A stretch of 64,000 nucleotides of DNA from the human T2T-CHM13v2.0 reference genome, Homo sapiens (GCF_009914755.1 NC_060934.1); one strand, 5' to 3'. Counted from the first letter of the stretch, positions 1 to 12,380 are shown. Program-made: numbers and translations. Notes: generated by a model not told the origin, from the sequence alone.

Positions 1-584
1 CTGCTTTCTCCCTTTACTATTTAATATTCTCTGGCTTCATAAAATTTGACTCTTATGACTTCTGTGCTCTTATTCACGTGAGGCTTCTATTTAATTATCT
101 TGTCAACTACTACGTGGTTGATTTAAGGTATGTGAAACAAGCATTCATCTGTTCCACATCATGTTTCTCCCTGGGACCACATCTATCTTATATTAAGTGA
201 TCTTTGAAGCAGCTCTAATAGGAATTGGTCCCTTGGGACAGGAAAACACCTGCTCCTGCTCTCTCTTGTGCTCGCACGTCCCAGGAGTCCTGACCTGTGT
301 ATTATCATAGGCAACACCACCCAGGACACCTGGCCATCTTCCATTCATGGCCTCCCCTTTGGTGAAGAATGTCCTCAATATTTGTGGCAATTAGCAGCTA
401 TTCTTGGGTAACCTTTAGTTAAAAGAGAGTAGTCTCATGGGCTAAAGACTAAAAAGAAGACGTGTAATAAAATTCCAGAGAAACAAGTCAACTCTGTCAG
501 TGTTTATGTGAAAAGAGATCTGGGAGATCAGTGCTCAGCCTTCCCCAACAGATGCACAATGTTTTGTAGCAGGGAATTGGAAAA

Positions 585-760
585 CAAACTTTGACTTGGG
601 ATTCATTGTGTGACTCTTCATTCCACCACCAACAATCTGTGTGACTTCAAGCAAAACAGCTACTCCTGAACTTCTGTTTCCTCCTGTATAAAAAGGGGAT
701 ACTGAAGCATCTAATGGTTTGTTGGAAGGAATGAACTGAAGATCAGTTGTAATGCTCTAA
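585..760 (+). mobile_element. MIR SINE remnant
   Basis: Degenerate MIR core (tgtgtgacttcaagcaaa...ttctgtttcctcctgtataaaaagggat). Confidence 0.55.
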
Positions 761-2619
761 GACAAAGCTGGCTTATGATAAATGCTAGTCTCATTCTCCT
801 TGTTGTCTTTTGAGAATTGCCCTTTGTTTCTTTTATGAAAATAACATTTCCATCTTTCCCATCCCACTTTTTCTTTTAAAACTGCTTCCCTGTACACATG
901 GGGCAGCCACCCAATAGCTCCTGAAGGGATATACATGTATCTCTTTAAAGGGGATGCAGCTGTCTGCATTGTTTGCATTGCTTGCACAGTGGTGGGCACT
1001 GGTGTCATAACCCATTGCCATAGCTAAGCCTTTCTCTTTGGTATGGCTGGCTGTGTGCATGCACTAGAACTCGGTATGGTGTATTTCCCCAGAGCTCAGT
1101 CAACAAGGAATTGCTAAAATGAAATGCCATTTCTGCTGACTGTAAATGGAAGACCCTATTTTCTTTCATAAATGTGTGAAAATTCAAATAATTACCCTAC
1201 TATTTGATGTCCAAGTTGGTAAAGATCAACTAGCAGTAAGTCCCAGCATTTAGTTATAACATATTTGACTTTTGCTTTGAGCCCAAGAATCTTCAACATA
1301 CTTGGCTGTAAAATGGGAATATCAAAGCTCATGTGTTCTCACATGATTTTTATGGAAAGCAAATGTATAATGTACCTGACAAGGAGACATAGGTATTTGT
1401 GTGATGGCCTCAACATCATATTAAAACCACCAGTGATTTTCTTATTGATATGTTAATCTCTTATCACATGGGAACTTTTTTCTTTGATGGTCAGTTTGCT
1501 TTCATCTTGAAAGAAATCAATTGTTGATGTACGCTGTGTGTTAATTGCTTCGTTAATACTGCTCTGGTACAATAACCAACTGTAGCTGAAATAATTTGGC
1601 ATGTTCAGTACTGTTCACGTTGGATAGTAAGTATTGTGTGGTTAAAATGAAGATATCTATGGCAAACTTGCAACAATCCCAAAACATTGCTTTTCTGGTT
1701 ATATATCCAGAGGCAGTTTTTTTTTTCCCATATTCATTAGTGGTCATCGCTCTCCACAGGCCATTGCAATAGATAAGTAGGTAGTAACCAGGGTAAAGAA
1801 TTAGGTTGCCTAGAAGGTCAGTGAACCATACAGAACTTGCATATGACTAGCTGATGCCTAGTTGTTGAGGTGAACATTGTGATAAAATCATATTTGCTGG
1901 GAGTGGCTGACAGAAAATATTTTGTGAGTGAGTTAAACACCTCACATCTTGACATAAGGCATGTATCAAGCTGTTTATGACAGCATCTGATTCAGAAAAA
2001 GTACTTTTTTCAGTATTAACCATCCAATGCAAATATTTAAAGCCTGCTTTTGTTTCTATCAAAGAGAATGTTGGGACAGAGATTGTAAAAGAGAATAGAG
2101 CCTGCATATTTTCAGATCCTACTGAAATACAGCTAAACTTAGATTGTTTATAGAGAATTGCACATTTCAATATTTTAGTATTTGTCTTACTCCAAATGTC
2201 GTTTGGGTTGTCTGGGATTTTATCCTTGGAATATATTGCAAGTGATCTCTGTGTTATTCGCCTCAGCTCCTGAATTCTGATTTATCGTCTCTAGTAAGCA
2301 AGCCAGTGAGCATCACACAGGAGATTCTCAGGGCTCAGTCATTCAAGAAGTGTGGACTGTTGAAATTTAGGCTTTGTGTACAATCTGGGTAACAAACCGT
2401 AAAGGCATGTTTTCTTCCTAAAGCTCTATGGAAAAGTCATTTGCCATATTACTTCCCCCAACAGCGTGCACCCTGATGTGGAGAGATGCAGAGTGTGGTC
2501 CAATAATAATATTGACCATATGCTTTTCTAAGGCAAGCAGACATACAGTAGATACTTTAATTTTGGTCGTTGGGGTATGGAAGGAGGTGGGAAGTGGAGA
2601 AAGGAGAGTAACCCATTAC

Positions 2620-2821
2620 CTGTCTGGCCTAAGCTTGTTATGATCTGACAGATGGGTAGCCCCAGGGCTGCTTGCAAAAACTATTTCTTTTTGTCTCCAT
2701 CACAGAGCCCTGGGGTGTGGTACAGGGAGGGTTGACCAAGAGAGGGGAGGCTTCCCTGATGGAGTGTGAGGTCTGGCAGCAGGACCTGACAAAAGTGAGT
2801 AGACTGTCTGGGTCCAGCCAG
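2620..2821 (-). ncRNA. Candidate internal exon (202 nt), non-coding
   Basis: Strong acceptor TCTGTTCTTTCCTTTTATAG| and donor CAG|GTAATG on the minus strand; GC-richer than its flanks; stop codons in all three frames. Confidence 0.5.
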
Positions 2822-3074
2822 CTATAAAAGGAAAGAACAGAATAACAGCTACAGCTCGGTGGGAGTTCTAGTACCTGGATTTTCACCCAGGTGGATGCCA
2901 GGCCTGATTGTCTATCTCCTGAGGAATTTCCAGACTTTGTCAGAGTTCTTCAGGAACTGACCAGATCCAGTTTGCAGGTTGGGGGTCATCACTATTTCCA
3001 TTGGGTCAAATTGGAGTAAGCAGATACCAAGAGTCACTTACAAATCACTAACATCTATTAGATACTGACCATTC

Positions 3075-3215
3075 TCTCATTTTCTCACATCAACCATGTG
3101 AGATAGGTATTATTATTGTTCCTGTTTTATAGATGCAGAATCTGTGATTTGTCTGGAACCACAGCTATAAGTGGTGCAGCTTGGATTTGATCTCACATTT
3201 GATTTTCCCTGTGAT
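3075..3215 (-). mobile_element. MIR SINE remnant
   Basis: ctcacatcaaccatgtgagataggtattattattgttcctgttttatagatg matches the reverse MIR core. Confidence 0.65.
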
Positions 3216-3788
3216 CCCTGGGATCTGGCTTAGGTTTGGATATGCCTCTGAACAAATGGTAAACAAGGGAACCTAAATGTCCATAGGTGTCTATTTACCT
3301 GGTTGTCCTTAGTTCAGCATCTTTAAAATACAAAAATAGATTTGTTGAGAATACTCATTTCCATTATTTTAATGAGAATAACAACTCAGCTAACTTTTAA
3401 CATGAATATACACTAAAACCAAAAGTATTATGCTGATGGCAATCTCTACTTCCTTCTTATTAAAGCTTATGAGCCATGGAGGACCCTGCCCAGCCTGAGC
3501 TGCCCAATGTGCCTGCGTTAGCCAGCCTCAGTGTGTCCCTTTGTAAAGCGCCCCAGACCTTTTGAGTAGGGATGACCACTTCTTAATTCATGGTATTTAT
3601 CAGTAATCATGCATATGCAAAATTTTCAACTTCTGCTTAGAGCCTTTACTAATTTATTTCTGTGAATGCTCTGATTCCTTCCAAATGACTCTGTAAGATG
3701 ATGGTTGCAGGCTTCATTAGTTCAACCTTCAGAATCACTCAATGTTACAGTCCCAGTTTTCTCTCTCTTTTACCCAAATAGGCTTTAC

Positions 3789-3962
3789 CTATATTAATGA
3801 TTGTTGCTGGGCTCTTCGACAAGATATTTCAAGAATGGGAAAAGCGTTTTAAGAGAAGTTTCATGAGGCTTTGGAATTCACAAGCTGTGAGCAGCACTGG
3901 CAGATATTTTTCCAGGGTGTTCATTTTTATTCATTTCCTTATAGCTTTTATGGCTAACCGTT
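3789..3962 (-). ncRNA. Candidate internal exon (174 nt) of the same transcript
   Basis: Acceptor TGTCTTAG| at 3963 (weak polypyrimidine tract) and donor TAG|GTAAAG at 3789/3788; contains a 31-codon sORF (3924-3829). Confidence 0.3.
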
Positions 3963-4099
3963 CTAAGACATATACAGTGCTGTGTTGTGATCAAATTTTC
4001 TCCTCTGATAGAAGTCAAACTTTGAAAACTTAGATTCCTAGAATTGTTGAACATTCTAATCAAAAACTTCTTTGAGTCAATCCAGTTTAAAATATCACT

Positions 4100-4240
4100 G
4101 ATTGCGGGGGGGTGGCTCACACTTGCAATCCCAGCACTTTGGGAGGCCGAGGTGGGAGGACTGCTTGAGCCCAGGAGTTCAAGACCAGCCTGGGCAACAT
4201 AGCAAGACCCCATTTCTAAAACAAACAAGCAAATAATAAT
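4100..4240 (+). mobile_element. Free left Alu monomer (FLAM_C-like)
   Basis: Alu left-arm sequence with A-rich tail, flanked by TSD TAAAATATCACT (4088-4099 / 4240-4251). Confidence 0.9.
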
Positions 4241-4441
4241 AAAATATCACTCATATTTTAGTTCTTTCTAACCCATGGTTGATACTCTCAACCACAGAGT
4301 GAGGAACTTACTTTCTGCCTACCATTTAATCTTTGATCTCTAAAGGTTTGGACCAAATGGCTTTTTTGCCGTAAGCTTAAATATCTTGTCTTATTTTTTT
4401 TTCCTACCTATTTGTCCAGGTTGTTTTCTTTGCATTTAGGA

Positions 4442-4613
4442 CAGTGGTTCTCCATACGTGTGCATCAAAATCACCTGGAGTATAAAATACAGATTCCTGG
4501 GGCTGGCTGTGGAATCTCTGATTTGGCAGGGTTTAGGGAGAGGCCTGAAACTGCATTTTTAACATGTTCCTGGGTCGTATTGATGATACTGATTCTCACC
4601 TTGGGAATCACTG
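4442..4613. mobile_element. MER5A-like hAT-Charlie MITE
   Basis: Termini CAGTGGTTCTC...GGGAATCACTG; internal catcaaaatcacctggag and ctgcatttttaaca. Confidence 0.8.
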
Positions 4614-5750
4614 ACCTAGGAAATGTCTTCTCTTCATCCAAAGAAACCCTTACAATCCCCAAAGATGCCTTTTTTTCTCCTGGCTGAACAACCCCAATTT
4701 CTATGACTTTCCTTTTTAGACTTCAGCTTCTCCACCATCTCACCATCCACACTTCTTGCTTGCCTGTCCTGCTTGCCTATCACTCACTGAATTTCAGGGA
4801 GCCAAACTGGCAATATAAATGAGTGAACCACCACAGGTGGGGGTGAGATGAGTCAGATAGGGAAGACAGCAGAGACTGTCTACCCGGAATCAACTGAGGA
4901 ATGCAGACCTCACCCAAACAATTCACATTCCTGTTTTTTTGTTTTTGTTTTTGTTTTTGTTTTTTTTTAAGCATCAAGCCTACCTAATAAAATATGAATT
5001 ATAAAAAATAATTCAGTTGCCTAGATTTGACCCCAATGAATGATAGTTTGAGGTCTTAAAATATAATTAAAATGCAGCTTGAACCTGAAAGTGGCAGACT
5101 ATCAAGTTATTATCCCCAGTTGTTTGGGTTTCTATTACATGAATCCAGTTATAAAAATAACACTTAATACATTATAAATTCCTAATTAGGGAGCTACCCA
5201 GTAACTGATTATATTGACAAAGTCATGCCATAAATAAGAATTAAAAAGTTAATATAATTGATTAGCTAGGATGCCCTCACTCTTGTTTTTGCCATTATTT
5301 AAAATTTAATTGCTTTGCAACATTTCCAGATGTTGATTTTGGACATTTTTTCATGTGTTTTATTGCCTGTGAGCAGTTTTTATGTACTTGTAATCGGAGC
5401 TTTTCACGTTTCTTGGATGTAGAAAAATCAATTAAAATGAAGCAAATATTTTTGAAACCTAACCAGACTTTTGTCTTTGTTTTCTCATAAAGTTCCTCCA
5501 TAGAAATGTGTGGCATGGGAACAGAGCCTAATACTTTCTGAATAAGATATTAACAGGCTTGTAGTGGATGCTGGGAATTTAGAAAGCTCTGTTTTTTTTT
5601 TTTTTCTAAAGCCTCCCAGTAGAATGTCAGACTAATAAATGGACTGCATATTTCCACAGTGTTTTTATGACATGTTTCACACACTGTCTTGGTGCAGATA
5701 TGAGAAAGCCCTTGTCCACAGCCCAGTTCTGACTCACTCATTAATTTTAC

Positions 5751-5866
5751 CTTGTATTCAGTTTTCTTGGGGTGGATCTAGACTAGAATAGAATAGAATA
5801 AGCCGACCTTTAACTACAGTCCTTAAATGAGGAAATCTCCACCCTGGGCCAGCTGTGCCAGGAATC
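5751..5866 (-). ncRNA. Candidate first exon of a minus-strand spliced transcript (lncRNA or 5' UTR)
   Basis: Minus-strand TATAAA at 5897-5892, ~30 nt upstream of the presumed start; the exon ends at donor AAG|GTAAAA (5751/5750); no ATG in the exon; non-repetitive sequence. Confidence 0.5.
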
Positions 5867-6330
5867 CCGACGAGATGGAACTCCGCTGTGGTTTATAGGC
5901 AGGGCTGATTTTCAGGGGGGAGTGCACCCATCTGGACTCCCTGCTGTTCCCATCAATCTATTCCAGCCCTGGTACCCCTGGACCACCCTACTGTCCAGCA
6001 ACTAAAGGATTAACAGGAGCCACCTCCAGGAGCCTCCGGGACCCTTCAGAAGGTGTCTGATTTGATGGATCAGAGGCTAGGCCACTGCCAGCTCTCTGCA
6101 CATATTTTACATATCACCCATTTGCAGGTGTTGAAGACCGGTAAGTGCCCAGGAGCTGGCAGGTGTTGCAAACATGTCAGTGTACCTGGTGGGGGCGCTC
6201 CTGCCCAGCTGATAGGAGACAGCTTCTACCCAGCCCACCCCTTTGGTGGCTACACCAGCTTGGCACAGTCTCTCATTGCTGAAGAGCATCCCCCCGCCAA
6301 CTCCGCCCAATCCCCACCTCCAGTCTTGAC
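5867..6330 (-). promoter_or_regulatory. Putative TATA-containing promoter / proximal regulatory region
   Basis: TATAAA (5892-5897, minus strand); CCCCGCC and TCCGCCC GC boxes, CCAAT and CCCCACC clustered at 6291-6320; CAGCTGATAG E-box/GATA at 6207-6216; locally elevated GC. Confidence 0.55.
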
Positions 6331-6412
6331 TACTTTTCATTGGTTTGTTTGTTTAAATTGACATCTCCTGATTTTCAAAACCTTGCTGATTAACAAAGCA
6401 AAAAGAGCACAC

Positions 6413-6436
6413 AAAAAAAAAAAAAAAAAAAAAAAA
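6413..6436 (+). repeat. poly(A) tract within an A-rich low-complexity stretch
   Basis: Run of ~24 A. Confidence 0.9.
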
Positions 6437-7669
6437 GTCAAAAACAAAGCAAAAAACTCTCAGTCTAAAACAGATAAACAAACCAACAAACAAAGCCCAG
6501 GGGCTGCTAGAGGTTGACTCTTGTAAACTGCAAGAACGGACACCACAAACTCCAGAGCAGAGGGCGCCTGGACATTCCAGTGACTTCATCAAGCAGTAAA
6601 ATATCCGTCTTTCATCTGCTTCTGCTGATGACCAATACTATGCCTGTCACAATTTCCAGTCTTTTAGAGCTACTCTTTGATTACACACAACCGAGACTTT
6701 TTCTAAGCCTAGGACATTTTCTGTGTCCTTTTAAACATTGTTTACATCAAAATAATGATATGGATAGGTAAAAGAAAAATACAAAACTACTTGTGCTGTA
6801 AAGTAGTTCTATTTTAGAAAAGGAAATCTTGACAAAACTTGAGCCTTGTTAGGAAAAAAGAAAAATGACAAAGCAGTCATGTACAGAAAGCCTGGATAGG
6901 ATTTTCAATCTCCTTGTGCAAAATCTGGCAAAAATGTATGCTAAGGGTCCAAAGCAGGAAGTGCTCAGAAAGCAAATACAGAAACTCAGCTTAGCAAAGG
7001 GGCGAAGCCAGAGAGGGATATAAAGGAACAGAGGAACGGCTGAGGATAGAGGTGAGGAAGCTGGACTCACACAGACTGGGTCTTGCTCAGCCTTCTGCAG
7101 TACCAGTGTCAGGGCCAGGCACACAGGAGTGACTAGGAGTTTGAACTGAAATAATGCATGACTAAGAATTAATTTGGGATGGTCTTCAGGTGGAATGATT
7201 GGAAATGTTGTTTTACTTTTAATTTTTCAGTACATGAAAGAAAAGATGTCTGTTTTCTAATCATTGAAATCTTATTATGTACAGAAATTTTCCTAGCAGA
7301 GCACACGAGGATGAAAAAGAATCAGATGGGAGATGAGGATCAGGACTCTTTCTGTGAATCGGAACCTCTCTGCTCTGCTCCTTTTCTGGTTTCCTCTGTC
7401 TGTCCTTCTCTTGTCTCCATTATTCATCCTGTTTCTGCCTTGATGTCATCTTGTTGGATGTCCCATCTCACTTAGTCGTCTGTAATTTGTAAGTAGCATT
7501 TAAATTATTTGTGGTCTTTATCTAATAAAGCTTTATTCTCTCTGGTCTTGATGAATGAAGAAGGCAAACTGAGCCTTGTTTTTTCCCTTATTGTCTTCCC
7601 CAAAGCACCTGAATGAGTTCTGTGTGGTCTTTATTGACCTGTGATGATCACTGTCCCATAAAAAAAGCA

Positions 7670-7900
7670 TGGTAGCGTAGTGCTTCAGCATAGGCTCTGC
7701 TCAGAAGACTTGGATCCCAATCCTTACTCACTTGTCGAGGGAGTTTGAACAAATAAGTGAATTTCTATTGACCTCACTCTTTCACATATGTATAAGGGGA
7801 ATTGTAATAGTACATGTTTTTTTAGGTCATTAAGAGGATTAAATAGATAGAATATAAAATACGTTAGCATAAGTGCCTGGGACAGGGAGAATACTCAGCT
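7670..7900 (+). mobile_element. MIR SINE
   Basis: gcatggtagcgtagtg...aagaggattaaatagatagaatataaaatacgttagcataagtgcctgg. Confidence 0.7.
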
Positions 7901-7911
7901 AAGTTGGAAAT

Positions 7912-8131
7912 CAGGTGTTGGCAAACTTTTTCTGTAAAAGGCAAGAAACTAAATATTTTAGGCTTTGTGAGTCAAAGTCTCTGTCTTAACTCCTTAACTC
8001 TGCCATTGTACCGTGAAAGCAGCCACAGACATATGTAAATGAGTGAGTGTGGGTCTGTTCCAGTTAAACCGTATTTACAAAAAGGGACAGCAAATAAGAT
8101 TTGGCTCATGTCTCTCAGTTTGGCGATCCTA
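7912..8131. mobile_element. MER58-like hAT-Charlie MITE
   Basis: CAGGTGTTGGCAAACTTTTTCTGTAAAAGGC...AGTTTGGCGATCCT termini. Confidence 0.85.
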
Positions 8132-8624
8132 TTGTAGAATATAGTTTTGACATACTGGAAACAGCTTCTCTGTAAGTTAGGATCTGCTTTGTTGCTAACT
8201 AATTTAATGTGAAATTTAATTGACCTATCCATATGCTACATCTGACAAATAGTTTGGCACACAATTTGCTTAGCCTTTGTATCTCGAGGACCAGAGAAGT
8301 TAAGTACGTTTGGCCAAAAGTCACCCAGCAAATTGATGACAGATCTGGGGCAGAGTTCAGGGCTCGTGTTCTCAGTTCTGAACTATTTCTTTTTTTTTGA
8401 AATGTGTGTTATCGGGGACGTAGCTCTGTGATATCAAGAGACTGGGACTGAAGATCTAGTTTTGCCAGTTGCGGAACCTCAGATTTGTACCACTCACTAT
8501 ATTTGGACCTCAGCTCCCTCATTGTCAAATAGATAATAATTCCCATCTCACAATTTTACAGTGTGAAAACAAGAAAATGCCATATATGGAAAAGCATTTT
8601 GAAATCTCTATTGCTGTGGTTGGC

Positions 8625-8792
8625 CAGCTTCCTTCCTGCCTTCCTTCTTCTCCTTCTCCTTCTTCTTCCCCCACCCTCCCCTCTCTCTCTCTTTTTCTTT
8701 CTCTTTCTCTTTTTCTTTCTTTCTTTCTTTTCTTTCTTTTTCTTTTCTTTCTTTTTCTTCCTTTTCTTTCTTCTTTCTCCTTTTTCTTTTAT
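8625..8792. repeat. CT-rich (TTTC/TCC)n low-complexity tract, probably the decayed poly(A) tail of the adjacent L1
   Basis: Near-pure polypyrimidine run abutting the L1 3' end. Confidence 0.9.
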
Positions 8793-9282
8793 TACTTAAT
8801 TAACAAATAATAATTGCATGTATTAATGGGGTACAATGTGATACTTTGATACACACACGCGCACACACACATTGTAGAAAGATTAAACCAATTTAGTTAA
8901 CATTTATCACCTTATCTACTTATAATTATTTTGGGGATGAGAACTTTTAAAATCTACTCTTTTAGCAATTTTAGCTATGTAATATATTTTTATCAGCTAT
9001 GGTCACCATGCTATGTTACAACTTATTCCTACTGTTTAGCTGAAACTTTTTACCTTTTGGTCAACATTGCACCTTTCCCCATTCTCCCTATCAACCTCTG
9101 ATAAACACCACTGTACTCTCTGCTTCTATGAGTTTGACTTTTTTAGATTCTACATGTAAGTGAAATCATACAGTATTTGTCTCTGTACTTAGTTTATTTT
9201 ACTTAACATAATGTCTTTCAGTTTCATCCATGTTGTCACAAATGACAGAATTTCTTTTTTGTGTAAGGCTATATAGTATTCC

Positions 9283-9322
<40 letters not shown>

Positions 9323-10905
9323 TTATCCTTTGATCATTTGGTGGGCAATTACATTGCTTTTATACCTTGGCTAATGTGTATAATGCTGAAATGAATTATG
9401 AGTGCAGGTATCTCTTTGACTTACTTATTTTAATTCCTTTGGGCATATACTCCGTAGATGGATTGCTGGATCATATGATAATTCTGTGTAATTTGGGGCG
9501 GGGGAACCACTACACTGTTTTCCATAGTGGCTACACTAATTTACATTTCTATCAACAGTGTACAAGGGTTCCCTTTTCTCTGCCTCCTTGCCATCACTTA
9601 TTATCTTTCGTACTTTTGATATTAGCTATCCTACAGGTATGAGGTAATATCTCATGTTGGTTTTAATTTGTATTTCCCTGACAATTAGAGATGGTGAACT
9701 TTTTTTTCATATATCTGTTGGCCATTTGTATGTCTTCTTTTAATAAATATCTATTCAGGATCTTTATTCACTTTTTGATTTGGTTATTTCTTTTTTTTAA
9801 CATTCAGTTGTTTGAGTTCCTTATATATGATGGATATTAGCCCCTTATCAGATGTATGGTTTGCCTATATTTTCTCCCAATCAGGAGGGTGTCTCTTCAC
9901 TCACTTCGTTCTTAATTGTTTTCTTTGCTATGCAAAAAGTTTTTAGTTTGGTGCAATCCCATTTGTCTGTTTTTGCTTTTGTTGCCTATGCTTTTGGGGT
10001 CCTATCCAAGAAATCGTTGCCCACACCAATGTTGTGAAGCTTTTTCTCTACATTTTCTTCTAGTCATTTTAAATTTCAGGCCTTATATTTAAGTCTTTAA
10101 TTCACTTTGAGTTGATTTTTGTGTATGGTATAAGACAAGGGTACAATTTCATTCCTCTGCATATGGATATCCAGTTTTGTCAGCACCATTTATTGAAGAG
10201 ACTGTGCTTTCCCCATTGTATATTCTTGGCACCTTTGTCAAAAATCAATTGACTATAAATGTGTGGGTTTATTTCAGGGCTCTCTGTTCTGTTCCATTGG
10301 ATTATATTTCTCTTTTTATGCCAGTACCATGATGTGTGTGCTATTATAGCTTTGTAATATATTTTGAAATCAGAAGTGTAATGCTGTTTTGCTTTTTTTG
10401 CTCAAGATTGCTTTGGCTATTTGGGGTTTTTTTTTTGTTTCATATAAATTTTAGAATTGTTTTGTCTATTTCTGTGAAAAATGCCATTGGAATTTTGATA
10501 GAGATTGCATTGAATCTGTAGATTGCTTTGGGTAGTTTGGACATGTAAATGATATTAATTCTTCTAATCCATAAGCACGGGATTTCTTTCTGTTTGTACA
10601 TGTTGCCTTTAATTTATTTTATCAATTTTTTTTGGTTTTCACTTCCTCAATTAAATTTATTCATAAGTTTTCTTTTTGAAATACTATTGTAAATTGGATT
10701 GCTTTCTTAATTTCTTGTTTGTATAGTTTATTGTTAGTGTTATAGGAAATGTACTGATTTTTGTATGTTGATTTTGTAACCTACAACTTTATTGAATTCT
10801 TTTATCCATTCTAACAACTTTAGGTGAACACTTTAGGGTTTCTTCTATATAAGATCATCAGCAAACGGAGACAATTTCACTTCTCTTTTTTATTTCAATG
10901 CTTTT
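8793..10905 (-). mobile_element. 5'-truncated L1MA-type LINE-1 (3' UTR and end of ORF2)
   Basis: Typical L1M 3' end (gggtacaatgtgatactttg...) and ORF2 3' sequence (agagattgcattgaatctgtagattgctttggg); contains (GT)n at 9285-9317. Confidence 0.9.
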
Positions 10906-12164
10906 TATTGTCTATAAATTTATTGACTGCTCTTTAATCTTTCACCTACTTTGTAAGATAAATTTAGTGAAACAGGTTAGACACCATGGAGGACTCTGAT
11001 ACAAAACGATTTTATAAAAACACACAGATATAAATGTTTTCTGATTAATGGCCATTAGCTAGTTTCCCAATCAGAGCACGTTTTCACCTGTGCTCTTTAA
11101 ATTGCTTTCAATGTAGAGTTACAAAATGGAAACTTAAGGGTCAGAAAAGGTCAAATTACATTAATGACAGTCCTCATGATAGTGTTGATTTAATCAGGAT
11201 GCCTACCTTTGTTCATTTACCTTTTAAAAATAAGTATAATATATTGCAGATCACTAATACTGCTGTTAGAGAAGGTGGTTATTGTATTAATGGGATATCA
11301 GTAACCTTCTCTCTACTGTGACATGGATTACTGTAATTATGAAAGAGACATAAGGAAACACCATAAGCACTATCCATTGGGCCCCAGGCTTCATTAGTTC
11401 TCATATGGCTGTGTAAAAATGCTAATTACAAACATATCGTAATAAAAAGGGTATGGCTTAATGCCAACATGTACCTGCTAATTTGATATTTATGATGGTA
11501 GAGTGAAGCACATATAATCAAAAGCAAAGAGACTTCAGTAGAGCAGCATTCTGTATTTTGCTGACTGAAGAAGGCTGTGAGATTATCCAGCCATTTATTT
11601 AATTAAAATAATATTGACTGGTGACCATGTTATTTTATTTAGTAGATGTGTAAGCATATTCATTTAATTTTCAATATTTATATTTCATGTGATTATAAAA
11701 ATGATAAAAGCTCAATACATAACAGGTAGTATGGACATGTACAGAAAACAAAGGTAGCAGAATCCTCTAAACTTTAGCTGCTTCCTGGTCTACATTTATA
11801 TGCACCTTTCTCACTAGAAAACATATCGATTATTTTCTGAATTGTAATTGTTCAATTTAAAAATAATTTTAAATAAGGAAATGTTGGGGAACTGATATAG
11901 CTCAGTGTTGAGGCAGAGATGTTCCTCTGTTCATATGTTTTGGCCATTTTTATGTGAAGCTGTAGAGAACAGTGACTAGGGTACTTGTGCTAACATTGTC
12001 CTCCTTATTAAATTGGACATACATCATATTTTAGGGCAAAATTTCACTTTCTGATTTCTCAGAAAGCAAAAGCGATATCAAAAAGTATATCAATCTACAC
12101 TTACATAGATTGATTATAACATTTTCATTTATTTTTTTTTTCACAAACACTCATTGTGTTCTGT

Positions 12165-12380
12165 CTGTCTTTGGAATGAGATATACCTGAATTTCAGTCT
12201 CAGCTTTGCTCCTTAACAACTGGAAGGTATGTCCATGTAACATGATCCCCCAGGCCTCAACTTCCTCATCCAAAATCTATAGATTAAAATTTGTCTTCTC
12301 AGGTATTGTGAGCCTTTTGTGAGATCATCTTTATGAAGTTCCTGGCAAGAACAGGTACTCTGAAACTGTTAGCCAGCATA
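12165..12380 (+). mobile_element. MIR SINE remnant
   Basis: ggcctcaacttcctcatccaaaat...gtgagatcat MIR core. Confidence 0.55.

Noticed and set aside
1010-1060. Possible miRNA-like hairpin (gccatagc...gtatggc)
   Set aside because: Stem too short, and no mature miRNA sequence I recognise.
2822-2830. CTATAAAAG as a plus-strand TATA box
   Set aside because: Better explained as the reverse complement of a strong splice acceptor (TTCCTTTTATAG) paired with a donor 202 nt away.
3878-4228. 116-aa ORF
   Set aside because: The N-terminal part is antisense Alu/FLAM translation ([11 protein letters not shown]).
7000-7030. Plus-strand GC box plus TATAAAG as a divergent promoter
   Set aside because: No convincing downstream exon structure; the motifs alone are insufficient.
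8469-8810. Phe/Ser/Leu-rich 113-aa membrane-like ORF
   Set aside because: Translation of the CT-rich simple repeat.
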